This document shows, in pieces, positions 46,416-53,182 of a DNA stretch of 53,182 bases. The stretch comes from Verrucomicrobiota bacterium (GTDB lineage: Bacteria; Verrucomicrobiota; Verrucomicrobiia; Chthoniobacterales; UBA10450). The DNA lies in contig QHON01000171.1 of assembly GCA_003218815.1 (NCBI GenBank), positions 1-53,182 on the forward strand, given 5' to 3'. Position numbers and translations under genes: made by a program. The notes under the pieces were generated by a model. The model made no database searches. It worked only from the letters and a program-made list of their open reading frames with translations, and was not told the DNA's origin. How positions within the stretch are numbered: the stretch's first letter is position 1; each line of letters begins with the position of its first letter.

Positions 46416-47075
46416 ATGCGGAAAGATCTCCATCGCGTTGTCGCTATTGATGGTCCGGCCGCCTCTGGGAAAAGCAGTGTCGCCCGAGAGCTTGCCCGAA
46501 GACTCGGGTTCGCCTATGTGAATTCGGGTGCCATTTATCGTGCGATTACCTGGCACGTCCTTCAAAGCGCGATTGATCCTGGCGACACCTCCGGCGTCGG
46601 GCAAGCTCTCGAGTCCGTCACGATCGCTTGCGATATTGTGAACAACGAGTCGCGCATCTTGATCGATCGTATCGATCCAACCGATTATTTGCACGACGAT
46701 CGGGTAAACGAAGGTGTTTCCCACATCAGCGGCGTTCCGAGGGTCCGCTCAGTTGTCGTCCAGAAAATGCGCGATTACGCGCGTAGTCATAACCTGGTTA
46801 TTGAGGGTCGGGACATCGGGTCGGTTGTTTTTCCAGACACCCCCTATAAATTTTATCTTAATGCTTCACCTGAAGTGCGTCTGCGCCGCCGTGCCGCGCA
46901 AGGGCAGCGGGACGAAATTACGATGCGTGACCACGCCGATTCTTCACGGCTTGTCTCACCGCTCGTCGTCGCCCGGGACGCCCATGTTATCGATACGTCA
47001 CTGTTGACGATCGAAGGAGTCGTCAACCAGATCATTGACCGGCTCGAACAAAAGGGCCTCCACGTTCCCTCCTGA
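46416..47075 (+). CDS. cmk: (d)CMP kinase
   Basis: ATG at 46416 gives MRKDLHRVVAIDGPAASGKSSVAREL. YVNSGAIYRA and IEGRDIGSVVFPD are present. The gene lies downstream of aroA, as in many bacteria. Confidence 0.9.
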   Translation: MRKDLHRVVAIDGPAASGKSSVARELARRLGFAYVNSGAIYRAITWHVLQSAIDPGDTSGVGQALESVTIACDIVNNESRILIDRIDPTDYLHDDRVNEGVSHISGVPRVRSVVVQKMRDYARSHNLVIEGRDIGSVVFPDTPYKFYLNASPEVRLRRRAAQGQRDEITMRDHADSSRLVSPLVVARDAHVIDTSLLTIEGVVNQIIDRLEQKGLHVPS

Positions 47076-47098
47076 CTCTGCTGGTTCAAAGATTAACG

Positions 47099-47713
47099 AT
47101 GAACGTTTATTACTGGATCGGTTACAATTTATCGCGCTTGATCGGTCGACTATGTTTTCGTCTTCGGATAATGCATCGGGAGCGTATGATCCAAACTGGT
47201 CCGGTGATTCTGGCCATGAATCATCAGAGTTATCTCGATCCACCGCTTGCCGGCATCGCATGCAACCGCGCGATCTATTTTCTGGCACGGAGGACGCTGA
47301 TGGATTTGCCGTTGTTCCGCTGGCTCTTGCCGAAGCTGAACGTTATCCCGGTTAATCAGGAGGGGATCGACCGCAGCGCGCTTAAGGCGTTGATTCGAGT
47401 TCTAAAGTCGGGAAACGCAGCGCTGGTTTTTCCAGAAGGTGCGCGGACGCTTGACGGCAACCTGCAGCCTGCTCAGCCCGGAGTGGGACTCGTGATCGCA
47501 AAAACGCTCGCTCCCGTGGTGCCAATGCGGATCTTTGGGGCACACCAAGCCTTGCCGCGGGGCGGCGGTGGTTTGCACTTTGTCCCAATCACCATCGTTG
47601 TTGGAGAGCCGATTTTTTTTACGCCTGTGGAGCGCGAATCGCCTGCGACGAATCGTTATGAGCAAATAAGCCAGCGCGTAATGGACGCGATCGCCGCGTT
47701 GCGCATGGATTAA
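47099..47713 (+). CDS. plsC: 1-acyl-sn-glycerol-3-phosphate acyltransferase
   Basis: The NHQSYLDP (HX4D) and FPEGART motifs are present. Confidence 0.85.
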   Translation: MNVYYWIGYNLSRLIGRLCFRLRIMHRERMIQTGPVILAMNHQSYLDPPLAGIACNRAIYFLARRTLMDLPLFRWLLPKLNVIPVNQEGIDRSALKALIRVLKSGNAALVFPEGARTLDGNLQPAQPGVGLVIAKTLAPVVPMRIFGAHQALPRGGGGLHFVPITIVVGEPIFFTPVERESPATNRYEQISQRVMDAIAALRMD

Positions 47714-47720
47714 TCCGCGT

Positions 47721-47948
47721 TTGCGCGCGAAAGATCGACATCGATATTTTCGCGTGAATTCAGTGCAGCCATCTAGCGAAAAACCGCCATTGTCGCGAGT
47801 TCCCAAGAGCGGTGTAGTGCTTATGCTGGTAATCGTTGTGGCAACGGCGCTGCTGGCGCTTTACGCCAATCTTCAGCGCTTTCGGCGTGATCGGGTCGAA
47901 ACTGTCATCGTGAAATCCGCACCGTCGCCATCGGCGCCGACGCATTGA
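47721..47948 (+). CDS. Hypothetical small single-TM protein (weak call)
   Basis: The ORF has a TTG or GTG start and one hydrophobic helix (VVLMLVIVVATALLALYA). I recognise no family. Confidence 0.25.
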   Translation: MRAKDRHRYFRVNSVQPSSEKPPLSRVPKSGVVLMLVIVVATALLALYANLQRFRRDRVETVIVKSAPSPSAPTH

Positions 47949-48011
47949 GTTTCCGTCGATGACACGGCTTCGCCGTCATCATCGATCATGCCGTAGCGAG
48001 CGGGAAGTTGG

Positions 48012-50780
48012 TCACGCACTGCGGCTAACATCGACCAGCGAATTTGCGTGTTGCGCGGCGAGTTGCCGCGCGTAATCGAGCGTGTCGATGGAATCGACAT
48101 TTTTGTCGCGCCGAATGGCTTTGATCCGTGGAAAACGCAGCGCGAGTCCACTCGCATGGCGCCTACTTGGCTGGATCGAATTGAACGCGATCTCGAGCAC
48201 GATCTTCGGCTTCACTTCACGATAACGGCCGTGATCGACAATTGTATTTTGTTTGAAATGTTCGGTTAACTCGGCGATCTCGGCATCAGTCAATCCGCTG
48301 TAGGCTTTGCCAATTGGCAAAAGTTCGCCGGTCGTTTCATCTCGCACGGCAAATGTGTAATCGCTCAACACGGTATTGCGTTTGCCGTGACCAAGTTCTG
48401 CGGCGACAACTACAACATCAAGCGTGGCGATCTCCTTCTTTAATTTGAACCAGAACATGCCGCGCCGCCCGGGCGAATAAAAACTTTCTGGATCCTTAAT
48501 CATAAGGCCTTCATTCAAGCGGCGGCGTGCCTGCTGGAAGACTTGCTCGATCTCGGCGGCGGAATGTGCGGGAACTATTTCTGCCCTCTGAAACTGCCGC
48601 GGCAATTGCAACCGGCCGAGCCGTTCCCGCCGTTCGCGCAGCGGTGTTTTCAACAGGGATCGACCGTCGAGCCAAAGGAGATCAAAGATGATAAATGCCA
48701 CCGGAACATCCGCCGCAGCGCCTTCGAATAAATCCCCGCCATCGCTCTTACGACCGAGCCGTTTCTGCAAGTCGAAGAACGTGAGCCTCCGACCTTCGGC
48801 AAAGGCAACGATCTCGCCATCGATAATCAAATCGTGTTCGAACTTCCGCGCTCGCTCTGCCAGTTCCGGAAATTGATCGCTGATGCGCCGTAAATCGCGC
48901 GAAAAAATTTCCACGCGCTGTGCACTCCGATGAAGCTGCGCGCGAATGCCGTCAAACTTATCTTCGATATACACGGCCGTCGCCGCCCCAAGGGCGTCGC
49001 GTGCCGATCCTTCATGAACAAATCTTTTCCAAACTGCTTCTGCCGTTGGCTCTGGAGTTGCCAGCATGCACTTGATCGGACGAAAGATCGATAGTTCCGC
49101 ATCCTCCAATTCTTTTCGCAAAGCGAGCGCTGCGGTTGCGCCAATGTCGCCCAGCAGCATGTTTGCCTCCTTGACCCGATCCAGCGGCTCCACGAACGCG
49201 CGAGCGATTGCTTCTTCTACGAGTCCCTCGCGCAAACCGATGCGCAAGTCTCCTGTGAGAATTTTGACCACGTACTGGCCTTCACGGGCGGAAAGTCTGG
49301 CGAGACACGATTGCAACAATTCCGTTTTCGCGATCGGCCCGCGCATCCGATGTAGGGTTTCGAAGAAATCGTGCGATTGCGCGAGACTGAATGGTTCGGA
49401 CTTTGTCCGATCGTCGAGTGCCTCAAACGTGGTTTTCCCGGCGTCGCTGTGGCTCTGCGAAATTCTGCGAAATTCCGGCTCGCTCAGTTTCACCGCCCCC
49501 ATAATTGCCCGATAAATAATCGATCCTCCTACTTGTAATGTGCGGGGATCGCTCTGGGCAAAGCTTCTCCCCGTAAAATAAGTCGTCGCAATCGGAAGCT
49601 GATCCCGAGTAAGCGTTCCTAAATAACTTGCGAGGAGCCGAATCTTTTCCAGCTTCGCCGGCGTGGCGGCAATCGCTTCCCCGACTTCAGCAAACTCACG
49701 AAACTCCGAATCGATCTGCAATTGTCGTTCTTCTGTAGAGCGAGCAGAGCTGACCACGATTTCATTGGAGGCGCGCGATATGCCTGTTGCTACAGTTCTT
49801 TTCGGCAGCGCGAGATCCATTTGATTTTCTTCAGTAAGCGCCCATGCCTCCACACCCTGATCCCGCAGGTCGCGCGCAAATTCGGCCGCGAACCCGTGGA
49901 GAGTAAATACGCGTTTAGGCTGCACAAGATCGACATAGCGAATAAGGTCGTTGTAGTCAGCGTGATCCGAGAGCGGAAACGCAGCGTCAACTTGGTAGCG
50001 ATAAACTGCATTCGGATCGACTGCCCAGCCGCTGATCATCGCGACCCTTTTACGTGGAATCTTTTCCAGCATGCTCGACCGATTTGCACTTGGTGGGCAG
50101 ATGAGAACCTTCCCCGCAACATCATTCGCGTCGTAGCGGACAAATTTGCAAAACGATTGACCAAACTGTTCGTAAATCCGCGTCATTTTGTAGACGGACC
50201 CGTGGAGCATCGGTATCAGCTCAGCTCCCTCGAGCCCGCAAAGAATTTCCTGCGCTTTCCCTAACGAATAGCCGAGCAGGACCGGCACCTCGCCATCATC
50301 GATCGTTTCGCGGCAGAAGGTCACTACTTGATTAATAATCTGCTCAGTTGGCGGGAATCGGTAGCACGGCCGACCAAAAGTCGTCTCCATAATGAGTGTG
50401 TCGGCTTGCCGCCATTTCACGTGCTCCGCGGATTTCCCCGAGCGCAGTTTGAAATCGCCGGTGTAAAGCAGTGTGTCTTCCTCGGTGAAAAGGCAAAGTT
50501 GTGCCGAACCAAAGATATGACCAGCGGGCAACAGGATGAGGTCAAGGTCATGGACGCGTCGTCTTTCACCAAATGGCAGCATATGCTCAATGCGAGTGCC
50601 TGGCAGTCGAGTCTGCATTAAACGCGCAGTGCGCTCGGAAACAAGGATCTCATCATGCAGCGCGATGTGGTCGCTGTGTGCGTGTGAAACGAAGGCGAAT
50701 CGCTTTGCATCCCGCGGGTCGAGCCAGAGATCCTGCTGCGGCAAATAAACACCGCGCTCATAACGAATGTCGATCATCAT
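48012..50780 (-). CDS. Fusion protein: MBL-fold (ligase-associated) exonuclease (about 49830..50780) + three-domain ATP-dependent DNA ligase (about 48012..49709)
   Basis: ATG at 50780 gives MMIDIRYERGVYL. The MBL motif is FVSHAHSDHIA, with a late PLSDHAD. The ligase motifs are EDKFDGIRAQ (KxDG), EGLMIKD and FWFKLKK, and the OB domain ends ...GLALRFPRIKAIRRDK. Confidence 0.85.
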   Translation of the reverse strand: MMIDIRYERGVYLPQQDLWLDPRDAKRFAFVSHAHSDHIALHDEILVSERTARLMQTRLPGTRIEHMLPFGERRRVHDLDLILLPAGHIFGSAQLCLFTEEDTLLYTGDFKLRSGKSAEHVKWRQADTLIMETTFGRPCYRFPPTEQIINQVVTFCRETIDDGEVPVLLGYSLGKAQEILCGLEGAELIPMLHGSVYKMTRIYEQFGQSFCKFVRYDANDVAGKVLICPPSANRSSMLEKIPRKRVAMISGWAVDPNAVYRYQVDAAFPLSDHADYNDLIRYVDLVQPKRVFTLHGFAAEFARDLRDQGVEAWALTEENQMDLALPKRTVATGISRASNEIVVSSARSTEERQLQIDSEFREFAEVGEAIAATPAKLEKIRLLASYLGTLTRDQLPIATTYFTGRSFAQSDPRTLQVGGSIIYRAIMGAVKLSEPEFRRISQSHSDAGKTTFEALDDRTKSEPFSLAQSHDFFETLHRMRGPIAKTELLQSCLARLSAREGQYVVKILTGDLRIGLREGLVEEAIARAFVEPLDRVKEANMLLGDIGATAALALRKELEDAELSIFRPIKCMLATPEPTAEAVWKRFVHEGSARDALGAATAVYIEDKFDGIRAQLHRSAQRVEIFSRDLRRISDQFPELAERARKFEHDLIIDGEIVAFAEGRRLTFFDLQKRLGRKSDGGDLFEGAAADVPVAFIIFDLLWLDGRSLLKTPLRERRERLGRLQLPRQFQRAEIVPAHSAAEIEQVFQQARRRLNEGLMIKDPESFYSPGRRGMFWFKLKKEIATLDVVVVAAELGHGKRNTVLSDYTFAVRDETTGELLPIGKAYSGLTDAEIAELTEHFKQNTIVDHGRYREVKPKIVLEIAFNSIQPSRRHASGLALRFPRIKAIRRDKNVDSIDTLDYARQLAAQHANSLVDVSRSA

Positions 50781-50903
50781 GAAATTTATGCTTGAATTCG
50801 GGGAGAGAAAACGAGTTTTGGGCCAGGAGCCAAATCCATCCAACCTCGCGATCCGGGCTGCAGCGGATTGACACCGCATTCAAGATCCGGTTTTATTGTA
50901 TGA

Positions 50904-51497
50904 ATGAGGTTTGCCGCTGCAGCATTCGGTCTGTTTCTTGTCTTGAGCGATTTCAGCATGGGCGCCGTCGAAGAGCCCAAGATTGTCGAAAAAGTGACGC
51001 CGCTCCCGATCGCGTTGAATAGGGATTTCGAGTTTAGAAAAACGAAACTGTATTTTTTGAGTGAAAAATTACCGAAACAAACGCAGGAGCGACGAACAGC
51101 GAGTAGCGTTACGGGAACGCTTTCAGGCAGAACAGCGCCAGCCCAGAAGACGCTAACGCTTCAAGATGTGCCGATCACATTTGAGCGGCAATATCGCCTT
51201 TTCGGCGCTGTCACGCTGCTCGATGCCCGTCAACGTTGTGGCGATTATTTCGATTTCTTTTGGCGCGCCAAACGGCCGGCCGATATCACGGTGCGTCTGG
51301 AGTATCGCCAGGAGAAATTGCACGAGCACGTCCAGGCACAGGAGATTTCATATCGTAATCTACGCGGCACTCATAAGACAGAATTCAAGGTCATCGGTGA
51401 TGATTACTTTGATGACGGGCGAGTGATTGCCTGGCGATGCCTATTGGTAGAAAACGGGCGAATTGTCGCGGAGAACCGCTCCTACATGTGGGAGTAA
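50904..51497 (+). CDS. Hypothetical secreted protein
   Basis: The ORF is clean, starts at ATG and has a signal-like N-terminus MRFAAAAFGLFLVLSDFSMGA. I recognise no family. Confidence 0.5.
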   Translation: MRFAAAAFGLFLVLSDFSMGAVEEPKIVEKVTPLPIALNRDFEFRKTKLYFLSEKLPKQTQERRTASSVTGTLSGRTAPAQKTLTLQDVPITFERQYRLFGAVTLLDARQRCGDYFDFFWRAKRPADITVRLEYRQEKLHEHVQAQEISYRNLRGTHKTEFKVIGDDYFDDGRVIAWRCLLVENGRIVAENRSYMWE

Positions 51498-51534
51498 CGC
51501 GATCAGTTCCTCGGAACTTTCTCTGGTCTTGGTA

Positions 51535-51568
51535 GGTAGTGGTCCAGTTTGAAAACTGAACCACTACC
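51535..51568 (+). terminator. Long near-perfect hairpin downstream of 50904..51497 (no U-tract)
   Basis: GGTAGTGGTCCAGTT-tgaa-AACTGAACCACTACC forms a 15-bp stem with one C/A mismatch. It lies 38 nt after the stop codon and is followed by CCGCTCTC, not a T-run. Confidence 0.35.
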
Positions 51569-51583
51569 CCGCTCTCACTGGGT

Positions 51584-51613
51584 TTGACAGCATGTGTCTG
51601 AGTCCTGTATTAT
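51584..51613 (+). promoter_or_regulatory. Candidate sigma70-type promoter for the STAS / GAF-PP2C genes
   Basis: TTGACA (51584-51589) is followed by an 18-nt spacer and TATTAT (51608-51613). The -10 element ends 13 nt upstream of the GTG at 51627. Confidence 0.4.
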
Positions 51614-51626
51614 TTATTGAGTAAAC

Positions 51627-52142
51627 GTGGAGTCATCGATTCAAGTAGGAGTAAACGGTCCAGCCGTATGGGTGAAAGTGGAGGGGAAAGGCAGCTTCCT
51701 GAACAGTGGGAATCTGAAAGAGTTCGCTCGTGAGATGTTGGACCGTGGCTATCGCGAATTTGTGATTGATCTGGCAGATTGCGCGATGATGGATTCCACA
51801 TTTATGGGCACGATGGCCAGCGTGGCACTGCGCTTGAAGGAGCTTGGCCGTGGTCATCTTCACGTCGTTCACTGCGGCAATCGTAGCCAAGAACTCCTCT
51901 CCGGTCTTGGCCTCGATCAGATATTCGATATTCATGTTAATGGCACGACGGCGCCGGAATGTGAGGCGCTCAAAGGTGGTTCCACGGACGGGTCGCGAGA
52001 CATCAAAAAACAGGAGCAAGCGCAAACAATGTTGGAGGCGCACGAAGCTCTTTGCAAAGCGTCGTCGGAAAATATCTTTCGATTCAAGGACGTTCTCGAC
52101 TATCTAAAACAAGACCTTCATCACGAAACGCCTTCGAAGTAA
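51627..52142 (+). CDS. STAS-domain anti-sigma-factor antagonist-like protein with ~60-aa C-terminal extension
   Basis: The start is GTG. VWVKVEGKGSFLNSGNLKEFAREMLDRGYREFVIDLADCAMMDSTFMGTM...ELLSGLGLDQIF is a STAS fold with the Ser in DST at the SpoIIAA/RsbV phospho-site position. Confidence 0.85.
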   Translation: MESSIQVGVNGPAVWVKVEGKGSFLNSGNLKEFAREMLDRGYREFVIDLADCAMMDSTFMGTMASVALRLKELGRGHLHVVHCGNRSQELLSGLGLDQIFDIHVNGTTAPECEALKGGSTDGSRDIKKQEQAQTMLEAHEALCKASSENIFRFKDVLDYLKQDLHHETPSK

Positions 52143-52157
52143 GCTGGCCCCTCCATC

Positions 52158-53182
52158 ATGTGGCCGATTCTTCTCTTCGGACTGCTTTCAGCGTCTGTTG
52201 CCGGGTGGATTTTAACTGCCTACTTGCAGATCCGGCGGATTCGAGTGCTGGAGCGCTCTCATGAGGAAATTCAGGTCGAAGAAACTCTTGTTTTCGATTT
52301 CCTCCACGGGCTGGGAGAAGCTTTCAGCGATACCATTCGGCCTAACGAGCTGCACCGGCTTATCGTCGAGGGTGCGACGCGTATTCTCGATGCACACGGC
52401 GGCGCGCTTTACGTGACTGATCGCACGGGCGGAAAGCTCACCCCAAGCTTTATCTCGAAAGGCTGCCCGCCGCTGGTCGCTGTTCCACCGGACATTTTGC
52501 AGGAAGCGGCCGCCACCCCGATCGCGCTCGAGAGCTATCTGCGGCTGCACTCGATTGTTCCGGGAGAGGGGGTCATCGGTCGCGTCTGGCAGACAGCACA
52601 GCCTGTCTGCTTCAATGAACTCTCGCAGGCGCCGGAGTTGGCAAAATTGCGCGACAGCGCTTTTGGCACTGCGTCGGTTATGGCGGCGTCGCTTTCCTAC
52701 GGAAAACAAGATCTAGGTGTCCTTGCCGTCGCCAATGGCCCAATGGGCGCACCGTTTTCGCAAGGCGATTTCGTCGTTTTCAAATCGATTGCGGAGCAGT
52801 CCGCCTTTGCCCTCTACAACGCTATCATCTACTCGATGGCAAATGAAAAAAAGCGACTCGATCATGACCTCGAGATTGCGCGGGACATTCAACGAATTCT
52901 GCTTCCAGCAGAAGCGCCGGCCATTAACGGATTTCAAATCAGCGGCATCAATGTGCCTGCGCGCCAGGTAAGTGGCGATTATTTCGATTATATTCATGTT
53001 GATGAAGACCGGCTTGGTGTTGCAATTGCCGACGTTTCCGGTAAAGGCGTTCCGGCATCCCTGATCATGGCGATTTGCCGCAGCGTATTGCGCGCCGAGG
53101 CGGCAGGGAATCCTTCCCCAGCCGATGTTTTGCGTAAGGTAAACCGGCAACTTTATCCCGACATCAAGGAAGACATGTTTAT
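52158..53182 (+). CDS. Membrane-anchored GAF + PP2C/SpoIIE serine phosphatase (RsbU-like); 3' end lies outside the window
   Basis: This ORF is not in the track because the frame stays open to the window end. ATG at 52158 gives the TM helix MWPILLFGLLSASVAGWILTAYL. A GAF-like region follows (GGALYVTDRTG...GEGVIGRVWQTAQPV...VLAVANG). The phosphatase motifs are ARDIQRILLP, VSGDYFDY and GVAIADVSGKGVPASLIMA. Confidence 0.85.
   Translation, partial: MWPILLFGLLSASVAGWILTAYLQIRRIRVLERSHEEIQVEETLVFDFLHGLGEAFSDTIRPNELHRLIVEGATRILDAHGGALYVTDRTGGKLTPSFISKGCPPLVAVPPDILQEAAATPIALESYLRLHSIVPGEGVIGRVWQTAQPVCFNELSQAPELAKLRDSAFGTASVMAASLSYGKQDLGVLAVANGPMGAPFSQGDFVVFKSIAEQSAFALYNAIIYSMANEKKRLDHDLEIARDIQRILLPAEAPAINGFQISGINVPARQVSGDYFDYIHVDEDRLGVAIADVSGKGVPASLIMAICRSVLRAEAAGNPSPADVLRKVNRQLYPDIKEDMF

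Noticed and set aside
52212-53150. Minus-strand ORFs 52212..52709 and 52713..53150 are the only track entries in this region.
   Set aside because: The plus strand is open from ATG 52158 to the window end and encodes clear GAF and PP2C motifs. The track omits it only because it has no stop inside the window.
1-53182. I searched for CRISPR arrays, IS elements or transposases, integrases, prophage genes, rRNA and toxin-antitoxin pairs.
   Set aside because: I noticed no regularly spaced direct repeats, no terminal inverted repeats and no matching protein families. Apart from the glycan island, the window appears to be core chromosome.

Overview
This is a gene-dense chromosomal segment of a moderately GC-rich bacterium, with short spacers and several overlapping stop/start junctions. 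The gene content fits the PVC group, probably Verrucomicrobiota. Support comes from a SWIB-domain protein, a 51-aa 'small basic protein', an archaeal/eukaryote-like ProRS and many lipobox lipoproteins. The taxonomic call is inference only.

Most of the window is housekeeping:
- Cell shape and chromosome segregation: rodA (3' part), scpA.
- Ribosomal proteins: rplM-rpsI, rplU-rpmA.
- Translation and nucleotide metabolism: proS, frr, pyrH, fmt, an adk-like kinase, rsmI, cmk.
- Other metabolism: putA, ltaE, panC, nadB, aroA, plsC.
- Redox: dsbD plus several thioredoxin/glutaredoxin-fold genes.

One accessory-looking block lies at about 27.2-35.4 kb and looks like an envelope-glycan/LPS island. 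It holds an ArnT-like glycosyltransferase, a thioesterase, an LpxL-like acyltransferase fused to a GT9 heptosyltransferase, a tandem GT2 protein, an RmlC-like cupin and a SAM methyltransferase.

Two genes look inactivated. An ICMT/PEMT-family methyltransferase carries two in-frame stop codons. The tandem GT2 gene has a 1-nt frameshift at a T5 run.

Other notable items:
- One ORF fuses an MBL-fold exonuclease to an ATP-dependent DNA ligase.
- A signal-less SBP56 (methanethiol-oxidase family) gene is translationally coupled to a His-rich membrane protein.
- Two paralogous lipoproteins share a conserved ~40-aa C-terminal motif.
- A STAS plus GAF-PP2C partner-switching pair runs off the 3' edge, and a response-regulator-PP2C gene lies about 8 kb upstream.
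- A unique G8 tract sits in a divergent promoter region.

I saw no rRNA, tRNA, CRISPR, transposase/integrase or phage genes. I did not find a clear novel multi-gene system such as a defence island. The findings below are the best candidates for novelty, and their scores reflect that.
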